Source of the DNA: Thermodesulfobacteriota bacterium
GTDB taxonomy: Bacteria > Desulfobacterota > Desulfobacteria > Desulfobacterales > SURF-7
Length of the DNA: 64,000 nucleotides
Direction of reading: 5' to 3'
Assembly (NCBI GenBank): GCA_049320885.1
Contig: JBMORA010000033.1
Span: 32,001-96,000 of the forward strand
Of the stretch, positions 45,521 to 57,035 are shown piece after piece. Both the position numbers and the translations under genes were made by a program. The notes beneath the pieces are model-generated. The model worked only from the letters and a program-made list of their open reading frames with translations, ran no database searches and was not told where the DNA came from. Numbering within the stretch: position 1 is the stretch's first letter; every line of letters starts with the position of its first letter.

Positions 45521-46945
45521 TCAGCAGATCTTCTCCAGGCAATCCTTCGAGAGCGTGCCGTCGAAGTCCACGGCATAGCATCCGTCGAAACAGGCCTTGC
45601 AGAAATTGTTTCCCGGATCATTGGTTCCCGTTGACTCCAGCAATCCTTCCAGGCTGAGATAATGGAGGCTGTCCAGCCCGAGAAACTCCCGCAATTCGGG
45701 GATGGTCTTGGTGGCGGCGATCAGCTCGCCTTTGGTGGAAAAATCAATGCCGTAATGGCAGGGGAACCGGTGGGGCGGACAGGCGATCCGCATGTGCACC
45801 TGTTTGACACCCAGCTCGCGCAGGGCCTTGACCCGTGTTTTGGCGGTGGTGCCGCGGATGATCGAATCCTCGATGATGATGATGTCCTTGCCGGCCAGCA
45901 GTTGTTTGACGGGATTCAGCTTGATCCGCACTCCGAAATCCCGCATGTTCTGGGTGGGCTGGATAAAAGTCCGGCCCACGTAGTGGTTGCGGATCATGCC
46001 GATTTCAAATGGGATGCCGGAAGCCTCGCTGTATCCCAGCGCCGCGTAATTTCCGGAATCCGGAAAAGGCATCACCAGATCCGCCGCAACGGGCGCCTCC
46101 AGGGCCAGTCGCCGGCCGTGATCCTTGCGGACCATGTACACATTCTTATCAAAAAAAGTGCTGTCGGGCCGGGCGAAATAGATATATTCGAAAATACAGA
46201 AGGCCCGTTTGACCGCCGGATGGGGTTTGATGCTGCGGATGCCTTCCCGCGAGATAATGACGATCTCCCCGGGATCCAATTCACGGACGAATTCGGCTTG
46301 CAGCAGATCCAGGGCGCAGGATTCCGATGCCAGAATGTAATTTCCGTTGAGCCTGCCGAGACACAGGGGGCGGAAACCGTTGGGGTCCTTGATGCCGATG
46401 ATCTCTCCCTTGCCGGTCAAGACCACGAACGAATAGGCCCCCTTGAGCCGCAGCACCGTCCGGGTGAGGGCTTCTTCCAACCCGCCGTATTTCAAGTTTT
46501 TGACAAACAGGTGCAAGGCCACTTCGCTGTCCATGGTGGTTTGGAAGATGGAGCCTTCCTCCTCCAGTTCTTCCTTCAGGATATGCGCGTTGACCAGGTT
46601 GCCGTTGTGGGCCACGGCATAGGATTTTCCACGGTGGTGCACCACGAAAGGCTGGGCGTTGGCAAGGGTGGAACTGCCGGTGGTGGAATACCGCACATGA
46701 CCGATGGCGCTGCCGCCCTGAAGTTGTTCCAAATGGTTGATGTCGAACACATCCGCCACCAGTCCCATCCCTTTATGGGCCGTAATGCGTTTGTCCCGGG
46801 CGACCGTGATGCCGGCACTTTCCTGGCCCCGGTGTTGAAGCGCGTACAGGCCGAAATACGTCAGTTTGGCGGCTTCCGGATGGTCGAAAATCCCGAAGAT
46901 GCCGCAGGCTTCCCGAGGTCGCTTGTCGATGGGGGTGCTAGGCAT
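45521..46945 (-). CDS. purF: Amidophosphoribosyltransferase
   Basis: Propeptide then [48 protein letters not shown], Fe-S Cys residues. Confidence 0.96.
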   Translation of the reverse strand: MPSTPIDKRPREACGIFGIFDHPEAAKLTYFGLYALQHRGQESAGITVARDKRITAHKGMGLVADVFDINHLEQLQGGSAIGHVRYSTTGSSTLANAQPFVVHHRGKSYAVAHNGNLVNAHILKEELEEEGSIFQTTMDSEVALHLFVKNLKYGGLEEALTRTVLRLKGAYSFVVLTGKGEIIGIKDPNGFRPLCLGRLNGNYILASESCALDLLQAEFVRELDPGEIVIISREGIRSIKPHPAVKRAFCIFEYIYFARPDSTFFDKNVYMVRKDHGRRLALEAPVAADLVMPFPDSGNYAALGYSEASGIPFEIGMIRNHYVGRTFIQPTQNMRDFGVRIKLNPVKQLLAGKDIIIIEDSIIRGTTAKTRVKALRELGVKQVHMRIACPPHRFPCHYGIDFSTKGELIAATKTIPELREFLGLDSLHYLSLEGLLESTGTNDPGNNFCKACFDGCYAVDFDGTLSKDCLEKIC

Positions 46946-49900
46946 GGTATTCCTGTATGGTCCTTACGGACAGTTTTTTGTTTTTCAGCGCGGCGATCCC
47001 TTCGCAGACAGCCCGGGCCCCCGCCACCGTCGTGGCGTAGGGAATGAAGTATTTCAGCGCCGCCCGCCGGATCAGATACCCGTCCTGCCGGGGTTCATCC
47101 CCCAGGCCGGTATTGATAATCAACTGAATTTCACGATTTTTAATGGCATCCACCGCATGGGGCCGGCCGATGGAAACCTTGTTGATTCGCGCATTCTCAA
47201 TGCCGTGCTCCGCGAGATAACGCGAAGTCCCCCGGGTGGCCATGATGCGGAAGCCCATATCCCGAAACTTTTCCGCCACCTTCAGAATGGACGGTTTGTC
47301 CTCGTTTTTGACGCTGATGAACACGGTCCCCTCGGTGGGCAGGTTCTGCCTTGCTCCCAGTTGGGCCTTGGCGAAGGCCGCACCGAAATCCTCTCCCAGA
47401 CCCATGACTTCTCCAGTGGATTTCATTTCCGGACCCAGCAGCGTATCCACTCCCGGGAACCGATCGAAGGGCAGCACAGCTTCCTTAACCGACACATGGG
47501 TTGGAATGATTTCCTCGGTAAATCCGAGCTCCTGCAGCGTGCGGCCGATCATCACCTTGGTAGCCAGCTTGGCCAGGGGAACTCCGGTGGCCTTGCTGAC
47601 AAAGGGGACGGTCCGCGACGCCCGGGGGTTGACTTCGATCACAAACAGCTGGTTGTCCTTGATGGCGTATTGAACATTCATCAGGCCGACGACGTTCAGC
47701 TCGGCAGCCATGGCTTTGGTGGCGCGCGTGATCTCGGCCTGCATTTCCGGCGCCACATGCGCGGGCGGAAGCACGCAGGCCGAATCACCGGAATGAATCC
47801 CGGCCTCCTCGATATGTTCCATGATCCCGCCGATGATGGTGGTCCGGCCGTCGGAAATGGCGTCCACGTCCAGCTCCACCGCATCTTCCAGAAACTTGTC
47901 GATGAGCACCGGGTGTCCCGGCGAAGCCTCGATGGCGAGACGGGTGAAGTTCTCCAGCTCCGATCTTTGATAAACGATTTTCATGGCCCGGCCGCCGAGC
48001 ACATAGGATGGACGCACAATGACGGGATAACCGATTTCTTCGGCGATGACGACGGCCCCGGCCGCATCCACGGCGGTTCCGTTCGCTGGCTGCTTCAGCC
48101 CGAGCTTTTGCAGCATGGCCTGAAACAAGCGCCGGTCTTCGGCCCGATCGATGCTTTCCGGCTGGGTGCCGAGGATGGGCACACCGGCCCGATGAAGTGG
48201 AACCGCGAGGTTCAGCGGGGTCTGTCCGCCGAATTGGACGATGACGCCCATGGGCTTTTCCGTTTCGATGATATGGAGGACATCTTCTTTCGTCAGGGGT
48301 TCGAAATACAATTTGTCCGACGTGTCGTAATCGGTGCTGACCGTTTCGGGATTGCTGTTGACCATGATGCTTTCGACGCCCTCCTCCCGCAGGGCGAAGG
48401 AGGCCTGAACGCAGCAATAATCGAATTCAATACCCTGACCGATGCGGTTGGGTCCGCCGCCGAGGATCATCACTTTCCGCCGGTCCGTGACCCTTACCTC
48501 ATTCTCCGTTTCGTAGGTCGAGTAGTAGTACGGAGTGGCGGCGCGAAACTCGGCCGCGCAGGTATCCACCAGTTTATACACCGGACGGATGCCGGCCGCG
48601 TAACGTTGTTGCCGGACAGCCTCATCGGTTGCAGCGGTGATATGCGCCAGCTGAATATCGGAAAAGCCGTGGGACTTGGCCTTGCGCAGCAATTCATCCG
48701 GCAGGCGTTTTCCCGCATGGGTTCTCAATTCCGTTTCGAGATCGACGATCTGCCGGATCTGGTATAGAAACCAGGGGTCGATCCGGGTCATCTCGTGGAT
48801 CTCCTCAATGGACCTGCCGCTCAACAGGGCGTCCCGCAGATAAAAATAGCGCTGGGAATTGGGCGTGGACAGCTTCTGTTCGATTTCCGATTTGGACGCC
48901 CGGAACGGGTCGATCAGGTCTTTGCCGTCGGCGCCCAGGCCATGACGGCCGATTTCCAGCGACCGGATGCCTTTCTGAAAGGCCTCCTTGAAGGTTCTGC
49001 CGATGGCCATGGTTTCCCCCACGGATTTCATGGCGGTGGTGAGATAATCATCGGTCTCGGGAAATTTTTCAAAGGCCCAGCGCGGAATCTTGACCACGCA
49101 ATAATCCAGGGTCGGCTCAAAGGCCGCCAGGGTTTCGCCGGTGATATCGTTGGGGATTTCATCCAGGGTATAGCCCACGGCCAGCTTGGCGGCGATCTTG
49201 GCGATGGGGAAACCGGTGGCCTTGGAAGCCAGGGCGCTGCTCCGGGAAACGCGCGGATTCATTTCCACTACGATCATTTCGCCGGTGCGGGGATTGATGG
49301 CGAACTGCACGTTGGAGCCGCCCGTATCCACTCCGATCTCCCGCATGATGGCGATGGAGGCGTCCCGCATCATCTGGTATTCCCGGTCCGTCAGTGTCTG
49401 GGCCGGCGCCACCGTAATGCTGTCCCCGGTATGAATACCCATGGGATCCATATTTTCGATGGAACAGATGATCACCACATTGTCGTTGTGATCCCGCATG
49501 ACTTCCAGCTCATATTCCTTCCAGCCCAACACGGATTCTTCCAGCATCACCTGTCCGATGAGGCTGGCGTCCAGACCGGATTTGGCCAGCAGCTCCAGAT
49601 CGTCCGGATTGTAGGCCACTCCGCCGCCGGTTCCCCCCAGGGTGAAACTGGGCCGCACGATGATCGGATAGCCGATTTCCTCGCCGATGGTCCGGACCGC
49701 ATCCATGTCCTTGGCAAAACCGCTTTTGGGAATCCGCAGGCCGATTTTCTCCATGGCGTGGCGGAAACGCTCCCGATCCTCCGCTTTCTGGATCGATTCG
49801 ATGGAGGCCCCGATCAGTTCCACGCCGAAAAGGTCCAGGATCCCCATCCGGGCCACTTCCACGGCGGTATTCAACCCGGTCTGGCCACCCAGGGTCGGCA

Positions 49901-50159
49901 ACAGGGCGTCGGGACGCTCCTTTTCGATGATCTGGGCCACCACCTGGGCGGTGATGGGTTCGATATAGGTGGCGTCGGCCATTTCCGGATCGGTCATGAT
50001 GGTGGCCGGGTTGCTGTTGATCAGAATCACCTTGTAGCCTTCTTCTTTCAAGGCTTTACAGGCCTGGGTGCCGGAATAGTCGAATTCGCAGGCCTGGCTG
50101 ATGATGATGGGCCCGGCGCCGATGATCATGACTTTGTGGATATCTGTACGTTTCGGCAT
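46938..50159 (-). CDS. carB: Carbamoyl-phosphate synthase large subunit
   Basis: [26 protein letters not shown], two ATP-grasp halves, [11 protein letters not shown]-terminal MGS domain. Confidence 0.98.
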   Translation of the reverse strand: MPKRTDIHKVMIIGAGPIIISQACEFDYSGTQACKALKEEGYKVILINSNPATIMTDPEMADATYIEPITAQVVAQIIEKERPDALLPTLGGQTGLNTAVEVARMGILDLFGVELIGASIESIQKAEDRERFRHAMEKIGLRIPKSGFAKDMDAVRTIGEEIGYPIIVRPSFTLGGTGGGVAYNPDDLELLAKSGLDASLIGQVMLEESVLGWKEYELEVMRDHNDNVVIICSIENMDPMGIHTGDSITVAPAQTLTDREYQMMRDASIAIMREIGVDTGGSNVQFAINPRTGEMIVVEMNPRVSRSSALASKATGFPIAKIAAKLAVGYTLDEIPNDITGETLAAFEPTLDYCVVKIPRWAFEKFPETDDYLTTAMKSVGETMAIGRTFKEAFQKGIRSLEIGRHGLGADGKDLIDPFRASKSEIEQKLSTPNSQRYFYLRDALLSGRSIEEIHEMTRIDPWFLYQIRQIVDLETELRTHAGKRLPDELLRKAKSHGFSDIQLAHITAATDEAVRQQRYAAGIRPVYKLVDTCAAEFRAATPYYYSTYETENEVRVTDRRKVMILGGGPNRIGQGIEFDYCCVQASFALREEGVESIMVNSNPETVSTDYDTSDKLYFEPLTKEDVLHIIETEKPMGVIVQFGGQTPLNLAVPLHRAGVPILGTQPESIDRAEDRRLFQAMLQKLGLKQPANGTAVDAAGAVVIAEEIGYPVIVRPSYVLGGRAMKIVYQRSELENFTRLAIEASPGHPVLIDKFLEDAVELDVDAISDGRTTIIGGIMEHIEEAGIHSGDSACVLPPAHVAPEMQAEITRATKAMAAELNVVGLMNVQYAIKDNQLFVIEVNPRASRTVPFVSKATGVPLAKLATKVMIGRTLQELGFTEEIIPTHVSVKEAVLPFDRFPGVDTLLGPEMKSTGEVMGLGEDFGAAFAKAQLGARQNLPTEGTVFISVKNEDKPSILKVAEKFRDMGFRIMATRGTSRYLAEHGIENARINKVSIGRPHAVDAIKNREIQLIINTGLGDEPRQDGYLIRRAALKYFIPYATTVAGARAVCEGIAALKNKKLSVRTIQEYHA

Positions 50160-50200
50160 GGTGTCAACTCACATGGCAATGTCCGTTCCCGGCTGACCGC

Positions 50201-51346
50201 TCATCGGGAACGATGCTGTTTCATCATGGTGGCAAACTCTTCAAACAGGTATCCGCTGTCATGGGGGCCGGGGGCAGCCTCGGGATGGTATTGCACGGCG
50301 AACAGGGGACAGGTGCGATGCCGGAACCCTTCGAAAGTGTTGTCGTTCAGATTGATATGGGTGACCTCGATGTCCTTTCCCACCATGCTGTCCGTGTCCA
50401 CCGCAAAACCATGGTTCTGCGACGTGATTTCCACCCTTCCGCTGATCAGGTTCTTCACCGGCTGATTGGCGCCCCGGTGACCGAATTTCAGTTTGAAAGT
50501 TTTTCCCCCGAGGGCCAGCCCCAGGAGCTGATTGCCCAGACAAATACCGAAAATCGGACGAAAACCGATGAGGTTGCGGATGGTCGCCACAATATGGGTC
50601 AACGGTTCCGGATCCCCTGGACCGTTGGAAAGAAAAATGCCGTCCGGTTCCAGCTGCTTGACGATTTCCGCCGGGGTGTCGGCCGGGACCACCAGAACCT
50701 CGCATCCGGCCCGTTCAAGGCTTCTCAATATATTGTATTTAATTCCGAAATCGAAGGCCACCACCGAAAAACGGGTATCCCGTTTTTCCCAGATATGCCG
50801 GTCCAGCCGGATGTCTTCAGGGTCGAAGTGAACTTTATCCCGATCCCAGAAATACGGTTTCGGGGTGGTCACCTTGTGTACGAGGTCCAGCCCCGCCATA
50901 CCGGGAATGGAACGGGCTTTGGCCGCCAGGGAGACAGGATCCAGATCGGCAGTGGATATCACCGCCCGCATGGCGCCCGCATTGCGGATATGCAGGGTCA
51001 GCGCGCGGGTGTCGAAGCTGTCGACGCCCATCACGTTTTGGGCCCTCAAATAATCCGCCAGTGAACCGGTGGCGCGGAAATTGCTCAGCCCCGCCTGGTA
51101 TTCCCTGACCAGAAAAGCCGCCACCTGAACCCTGTCCGACTCCACATCCTCCGGGTTGACCCCGTAATTGCCGATGAGCGGATAGGTCATGGCCACCATC
51201 TGTCCACGGTAGGAAGGATCGGTCAACACCTCCTGGTAACCGGACATGGCCGTGTTGAAAACAACCTCTCCGGCGGTTTCCCCCGCGCCCGTGAAACTGC
51301 GGCAGGGGAAGGTCCTTCCGTCCTCTAAAACCAACAGTGCTTCCAT
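50201..51346 (-). CDS. carA: Carbamoyl-phosphate synthase small subunit
   Basis: LVLEDG, GEVVFNT, LTDPSY, SNGPGDP, GICLG, QNHGF, QYHPE. Confidence 0.97.
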   Translation of the reverse strand: MEALLVLEDGRTFPCRSFTGAGETAGEVVFNTAMSGYQEVLTDPSYRGQMVAMTYPLIGNYGVNPEDVESDRVQVAAFLVREYQAGLSNFRATGSLADYLRAQNVMGVDSFDTRALTLHIRNAGAMRAVISTADLDPVSLAAKARSIPGMAGLDLVHKVTTPKPYFWDRDKVHFDPEDIRLDRHIWEKRDTRFSVVAFDFGIKYNILRSLERAGCEVLVVPADTPAEIVKQLEPDGIFLSNGPGDPEPLTHIVATIRNLIGFRPIFGICLGNQLLGLALGGKTFKLKFGHRGANQPVKNLISGRVEITSQNHGFAVDTDSMVGKDIEVTHINLNDNTFEGFRHRTCPLFAVQYHPEAAPGPHDSGYLFEEFATMMKQHRSR

Positions 51347-51529
51347 CGTCAACCCCGTTTTTGACTGATCAGGCGGTATGTCCATGCGCCGAAACCGACG
51401 CGAAAGCCTTTTCGGCCGGCAGCCATCACCCTGCTTCAACCCCTCCTGAAAAGCATGTCTCCCTTAGCACATTCTGATGATAAATCAATATAAATAGTGC
51501 CAAGGCTTCCGTCCACGGAAGGCCACCCA

Positions 51530-53890
51530 TCACCCAATGGGCTCATTGGCCGTCAAGCCCCATACTCCGCAGGGGCAGGCCCCGGCGCAGAACCCGCAGC
51601 CGATGCATTTATCCCCGTCCACCTCGTAGGCGTATTCCCCTCCGCCTTTGTCCGTCCGCCGGATGGCTCCCTGGGGGCAGATGGAGACGCAGATTCCGCA
51701 ATCCCGGCAGTTGCCGCAGGAGGCGCACTGGGAGCCACATTTTTCGGGGCTCTCCAAATCCGTGATCCTGGGGTCGAAATATTCCAGGGATATCCTGCCG
51801 CGATCGATAACACTGCCGGCGGCAATCGCGGCTTCACGTCCGGAAAGCAGCGCGTCGATGACCGCGGCGGCTTTCCTTCCGGCGCCGATGGCGTCCGTCA
51901 GCAATCCCGGCTTAACGATATCCCCCACGGCGAAAATTTTCGGATCCGACGTCTGAAAGCGGTCGTCGACTTTGACATATCCTCTCTCCGTATCCACGCT
52001 CTCCGGCAGGAAATCCAGGTCCGGAATATCCCCGATGGAGATCACCACCAGATCCGCGGGCAATACTTCACCGGTGGTCAACAGAACCCCCTGATCGAGG
52101 ATTTCCTGTGTGAAACACGGCCAGCGGAAAACCGCGCCGGCGGCTTCGGCTTCCCGGCGCTCCTTGCCGAAGGAAGCCGGTTCCTGCACATCGATGAGCA
52201 GAAGATCCGTCGCGCCCAACCGGTGGGCTTCCGTGGCGACATCGCAACCGACGTTGCCGGCGCCGATAACCACGACCCGCTGGCCCGGTTTGATCCGGTT
52301 TTCCTTGGCGGCCGCCAGGAAGTCCTGGGCCGTAACCAGTTTCTCCTTGCCGGGTACGGACAGCGTGCGGGCCTTCCGGGCTCCGGCGGCCAGCACCAGA
52401 TAGTCGAAATCCTGCTTGAGGCGCTCGGTTTCTTCGCGGGAGAGCCGCTGTTGCAGATGGACATGCGGGATCACCTTGCGGACCCGGTCGAGTTCCGCCG
52501 CGAGGACATCTTTCGGAATCCGGGTCTCCGGAATCAGATGGGAAATCTTGCCGCCCAGGACCGATGACATATCATAGACCACGGCCTCATGTCCCCCGCG
52601 GCGCAGCTGCCAGGCAATGGAAATCCCGGCGGGCCCCCCGCCTACGACGGCAATGCGCCGGCCGCTCAATTCCGGCATTTCCGGCAGCCCGGCCTTGACA
52701 CTGGCTTTACCGATCTGAGTGGTATCCACCGGCATCATCCCGGCAATCTGCCGGGTGCATGCCTGCATGCAGGGGTTGGGGCACAAATAACCGCAAACGG
52801 TCGCGGGAAAGGGCGTGTAGGCCAGGGCCAGATCAACGGCTTCATCAACCCTTCCTTCCCGGATCAGCCGCCAGCGTTCATGGATGGGAATCCCGGTGGG
52901 ACAGCTGGCTTCGCAAGGCGCCAGATAGGTGCGGTTTTCCCAAACCGGGATGAAACGGCGCATATCGCCGGTGGTAATCAGGGGGATCGGACTGCGGTCA
53001 TTTGTGACCAGATCGCCGATCAACCCTCCAGCACCGAGCTCCGCATCCCATATATCCTTACGAAAGGAAGCCATGGAACGTCTTTGGGCGGCACCACGCT
53101 CCTGGGGCGAACGGGCCCGCAACAGCTGCCACGACTCCCGGATCCCCAGTTCCCAAAACAGCTCGCTGCGATGGATCCGGGCAAGAAATTGTTTCAAATT
53201 TTCCGTCAGCCAGGCCCAATCCTCATCCGAAATGGCAATCAACCTGGCGTCACTCTGGCTGAAACCGGCATGGGGGCCCCGGAAAAACACCTGCCCCCCC
53301 ACCATGCCCACAAAGGGACGATGTCCAAGGATGTTATTCGGATCCTGAGGGTTCACGCCGCAAATGACCGCCACCCCGCCGGCCATGAACTCCCCGAAAT
53401 AATCCCCCACCGAACCGAGCACCCAGACTTGCGGAGGCTCAAAGCGGGGATTGCGCTTGGTCATGGTCATCCCGCGCGCGCCGATATTTCCGGCCACAAA
53501 GATTTTCCCCTGGGCCATGGCATTGGCCAGGCCGTTTCCGGCATGCCCATGAACGACGATTTCAGCGCCGGCATTGAGCCAGCCGACATCATCGGATGCC
53601 GGCCCCATGACGTCGATCATCGTATTGGGAAAACCGAAAGAGCCAACCCGCTGCCCGGCCTGACCCTCGATTCGGACATGAACCGGATCCGTTCCGGCTT
53701 TCCAGAGTCGCCCTCCCAGTCCATGCTGACCATAGGCTTGAATCAACAGGCGCCGCTTTCCATCGGCCACCGCCCGTTGGATCGTCTCTTCCAGCACCCT
53801 CGATTCCAGACGATCGCCCTGCACTTTTCCCGTTATAACAGTGTATTCATTCTGCATTCCTGCCTCCGAATCACGGCCCGGATTTTCCAT
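51530..53890 (-). CDS. Glutamate synthase subunit: GXGXG domain fused to GltD-like FAD/NAD(P) oxidoreductase and ferredoxin domains
   Basis: Repeated GxxG beta-helix motifs (GEFMAGG), PCEASCP, VCGYLCP, GGGPAG, GAGNVG, terminal 2x CxxCxxCxxxCP. Confidence 0.85.
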   Translation of the reverse strand: MENPGRDSEAGMQNEYTVITGKVQGDRLESRVLEETIQRAVADGKRRLLIQAYGQHGLGGRLWKAGTDPVHVRIEGQAGQRVGSFGFPNTMIDVMGPASDDVGWLNAGAEIVVHGHAGNGLANAMAQGKIFVAGNIGARGMTMTKRNPRFEPPQVWVLGSVGDYFGEFMAGGVAVICGVNPQDPNNILGHRPFVGMVGGQVFFRGPHAGFSQSDARLIAISDEDWAWLTENLKQFLARIHRSELFWELGIRESWQLLRARSPQERGAAQRRSMASFRKDIWDAELGAGGLIGDLVTNDRSPIPLITTGDMRRFIPVWENRTYLAPCEASCPTGIPIHERWRLIREGRVDEAVDLALAYTPFPATVCGYLCPNPCMQACTRQIAGMMPVDTTQIGKASVKAGLPEMPELSGRRIAVVGGGPAGISIAWQLRRGGHEAVVYDMSSVLGGKISHLIPETRIPKDVLAAELDRVRKVIPHVHLQQRLSREETERLKQDFDYLVLAAGARKARTLSVPGKEKLVTAQDFLAAAKENRIKPGQRVVVIGAGNVGCDVATEAHRLGATDLLLIDVQEPASFGKERREAEAAGAVFRWPCFTQEILDQGVLLTTGEVLPADLVVISIGDIPDLDFLPESVDTERGYVKVDDRFQTSDPKIFAVGDIVKPGLLTDAIGAGRKAAAVIDALLSGREAAIAAGSVIDRGRISLEYFDPRITDLESPEKCGSQCASCGNCRDCGICVSICPQGAIRRTDKGGGEYAYEVDGDKCIGCGFCAGACPCGVWGLTANEPIG

Positions 53891-53920
53891 CCCCCATGCC
53901 GTTGACCTTCCGCCTGCCGT

Positions 53921-55555
53921 TTACACCACATATTTGATTTTCAATCTCTCGGCGGCATTGACATCGTCAATCCCCAGGGCGTCTGACATCCCCACCGGCA
54001 GAGAAGTGGAGCGCCCCAGCGGAGCGATGATCTTTTTCAGTTCCGTATCAAAACTCAAATAGACGTCCACCACCCGCTGGGCCACGTCCTCGGCATTCAG
54101 CCGCCGGTAAAGACGGGGATCCTGGGAGGTGATGCCCTTGGGACAGAGCCCGATGTTGCAGATGTTGCAACGGTCGCCTTCCGATCCCAGGCAACCGGCG
54201 GCGGCCTGCATGATATATTTGCCGATCTGCACGCCGCTGGCCCCCAGCATGATCAAGGCCGCCGCATTGGCCGCCAGGTTGCCGGTTTTGCCCACGCCGC
54301 CCCCGGCAAACAGGGGGATCTCGTTCTGTTTGCCCAGATTGACCAGGTTCAGGTAACAATCCCGGATATTGCTGGCGATGGGGTGACCCATGCTGTTCAT
54401 GGAAACATTGTAGGCCGCTCCGGTACCGCCGTCCTCGCCGTCAATGGCCAGTCCGGCCGCGTAGGAATTGCGGGTCAGGTTGTTGAGCACCGCCAGGCTT
54501 GTCGAGGTCGCGGATATTTTGGGATAAACCGGCACCCGGAAGCCCCAGGCCATGTACATGGACTGAATCATCTTGGCCACGGCCTCCTCAATGGAATATT
54601 TCGTCTGATGGGTCGGCGGACTCGGCAGGCTGATCCTCTCGGGAACCCCCCGGATGGCGGCGATCAGCTTGTTGACCTTGTACCACATCAAGAGCCCGCC
54701 ATCCCCCGGCTTGGCGCCCTGTCCGTATTTGATTTCCACCGCGCAGGGATCTACTTTCATTTCCGGAATCGCATGAATGATTTCATCCCAGCCGAAATAA
54801 CCGCTGGCGATCTGCAGGATGACATACTGCAAAAAACGGCTGCGCAACAACCGCGGAGGGCAACCGCCCTCGCCGGTGCACATGCGCACCGGCATTTTCA
54901 GCTCCTCATTCAGATACGCCACCCCCATTTGAAGCCCTTCCCACATGGGCGGAGACAAGGCGCCGAAAGACATGCTGCCGATCACCAGCGGATAGATTTC
55001 CCGGACCGGAGGAATCCAGCCGTTTTCCCGCATATGCTGCAAGCCCTGCTCCGGTGGCAGCACCCTGCCCAGCAATGTCCGGATTTCAAATTCATGCCGG
55101 CCGGCATCCAACGCCGGATCTGTCAGCATGGAAATGCGGATGAATTTGATGCGATCCAGAATCCCGCCCGGCACATTGCGGCGGCCGCCTCGGCTGCGCG
55201 GCTGTCCGCCCCGGTTGATGTGATAAACCAGTTTATCCGCCTCGTCGCTCTTGACGGGGATGATGGCGCCGTTGGGACAGACCAGATTGCACATGGCGCA
55301 TCCCACGCAGGCATACCCGGGATCGGTTTTCTGGCGGATACCGTGATACACCTTGAATATGCTGGACGACGCCTTCTCGATACCCAGGGCCGTCTCCACC
55401 ACCCGTTTGCGGTGGACCCCGAGTTCAATGGCATTCACCGGGCAGACCGCTGTACAGCTGCCGCACAGGGTGCATTTTTCCTTGTCCCACAGAACCTGCC
55501 ACGGCAGATCCTTGACGCTCAGTGTAGATGGGGTAATCGGTCTGTTTGACGGCAT
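53921..55555 (-). CDS. Glutamate synthase FMN-binding subunit with N-terminal ferredoxin
   Basis: 2x CxxCxxCxxxCP, SMSFGALS, TGEGG, QIASGYFG, EIKYGQGAKPGDGG, DGEDGGTGAA, C..C..G.CPKGITSQ. Confidence 0.9.
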   Translation of the reverse strand: MPSNRPITPSTLSVKDLPWQVLWDKEKCTLCGSCTAVCPVNAIELGVHRKRVVETALGIEKASSSIFKVYHGIRQKTDPGYACVGCAMCNLVCPNGAIIPVKSDEADKLVYHINRGGQPRSRGGRRNVPGGILDRIKFIRISMLTDPALDAGRHEFEIRTLLGRVLPPEQGLQHMRENGWIPPVREIYPLVIGSMSFGALSPPMWEGLQMGVAYLNEELKMPVRMCTGEGGCPPRLLRSRFLQYVILQIASGYFGWDEIIHAIPEMKVDPCAVEIKYGQGAKPGDGGLLMWYKVNKLIAAIRGVPERISLPSPPTHQTKYSIEEAVAKMIQSMYMAWGFRVPVYPKISATSTSLAVLNNLTRNSYAAGLAIDGEDGGTGAAYNVSMNSMGHPIASNIRDCYLNLVNLGKQNEIPLFAGGGVGKTGNLAANAAALIMLGASGVQIGKYIMQAAAGCLGSEGDRCNICNIGLCPKGITSQDPRLYRRLNAEDVAQRVVDVYLSFDTELKKIIAPLGRSTSLPVGMSDALGIDDVNAAERLKIKYVV

Positions 55556-56649
55556 AGGTAAGCCTCCTGGCGGTCCGGCGCCACCATGACGGTGTCCAGA
55601 TGCATGGGTTGAAAGTCCTTGCTCTTATCCCGGTCTGGAATTACGGCGTCAAGACCGCAGATTTCCGAGGAAAACGCATAGCACCCCGGCCGGCCCCCCA
55701 CAACGCCGGGACGCAGTTTTTTGCGGTCCTGCACCATGAAAAGCGTATGATCCGGCAGGCTGCCGATGACACAATTGGGCCCGTCGATGATCAACCGGCG
55801 GCAGCTCTGTTTCAACTGCTTCAGTATCGGGGCGTCGGGGTGACGCTGCAGATCCTCGTCCTGGAGCGGGGTAATGATGTGTTTGTAGGCCTCAAGAGGC
55901 AGCCCCAACTTTGATACGGCATAATGAAGGATATGGGTGAACACCTCCGAATCGGACTGAAATCCGGTATAACCCGGGAAGCCTCTGGACATGAGGTATT
56001 CCCTGATGGGCACGAAGGCGGTGTTCTCCCCGTTGGTCATGGTGGAAAAACCCTCCACGAAAAACGGATGACAGGCATACAGATTGATGGCGTAGTTGGT
56101 ATTCTGACGTCCCTGGGCCATGATGATGCGCGCCCGAAGGTCCTCCCGGTCGAAATGCATGTACCGGCCCACCGTCAGCGGATCCCCGATTTCCTTGATC
56201 ATGATCACATCGGGCCAGAAGGAAAACACGATCATATCCTGTTTTTCAAGTCCCATCTGCCGCAATTCGAGCCGCACCAGCATCAGTTTTTCACCCAGCT
56301 GCTTGAAATCCAGCCCTTCCCAGTCGGCCGGATATTCATAGGCCCGCACCAAATAGACATCCCGCTTGGGAACGCCCGCCGCAACTGTTTTCGGCAACTT
56401 GAAGGTTATTTTGTATTTGGTCATGAAGCCGAGGTTCATCATATAATTGTCCAGACGCTTGATTCCCTCATGGGTAAAGATTCCGGACAGAATCGGGGCA
56501 TCCTTGATTTGTTCGAACGGACCGCCAAGGTCCCGCAGGAACAAACCGACTCCCGAGCCGTCATGCCCTTCCCGCATCACATCCAGCGCCTCAATGGCAA
56601 CCATCGGCGACAGCGGCTGGTCACTCGTAATGGCAAACAAACGACACAT
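55519..56649 (-). CDS. Glutamate synthase class II glutamine amidotransferase subunit
   Basis: N-terminal M-C-R-L-F (Ntn Cys), DGSGVG, GRQNTN, CHPF, NGEN, SDSE, LRP. Confidence 0.85.
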   Translation of the reverse strand: MCRLFAITSDQPLSPMVAIEALDVMREGHDGSGVGLFLRDLGGPFEQIKDAPILSGIFTHEGIKRLDNYMMNLGFMTKYKITFKLPKTVAAGVPKRDVYLVRAYEYPADWEGLDFKQLGEKLMLVRLELRQMGLEKQDMIVFSFWPDVIMIKEIGDPLTVGRYMHFDREDLRARIIMAQGRQNTNYAINLYACHPFFVEGFSTMTNGENTAFVPIREYLMSRGFPGYTGFQSDSEVFTHILHYAVSKLGLPLEAYKHIITPLQDEDLQRHPDAPILKQLKQSCRRLIIDGPNCVIGSLPDHTLFMVQDRKKLRPGVVGGRPGCYAFSSEICGLDAVIPDRDKSKDFQPMHLDTVMVAPDRQEAYLCRQTDRLPHLH

Positions 56650-56790
56650 GTTACCCTCCTGGGCAAACCGCCACCCGTACAGCGTGGGGTTTGGAATACG
56701 AACAATCATCACCTCCCGATGTGCTCACCGCCGGTAATGGATCGTCCCGGCGGTTCGGGACCCCCGATTTTCACGGGCGGCTATTGATTG

Positions 56791-56806
56791 AGCAATAGCC
56801 ATGCCA
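56791..56806 (-). promoter_or_regulatory. Sigma54 -24/-12 promoter for the glutamate synthase operon
   Basis: Minus strand TGGCATG-GCTA-TTGCT. Confidence 0.75.
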
Positions 56807-57035
56807 GCCGCCAGAAGCATGGCAACCTACTAAATTTAATATGGTTTATGCAATACACCAGAAACAACCCCCTGGGCGCAACACCAAATTTGTAATAATT
56901 TTTTGCCAAAAATTACAAAATTGAAATCATTCTTCGCTGACGCGCCCTTCCGGTGTACATAAGGATCAAGGGTCGATGCGGTTGTAGTATATACAGGAAC
57001 CATGGACACCGGAAGTGGGGACGGATATGCCCTTT

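Noticed and set aside
51347..51529. Pyrimidine attenuator or riboswitch upstream of carA
   Set aside because: Only short hairpins; no U-tract terminator or PyrR-type motif seen
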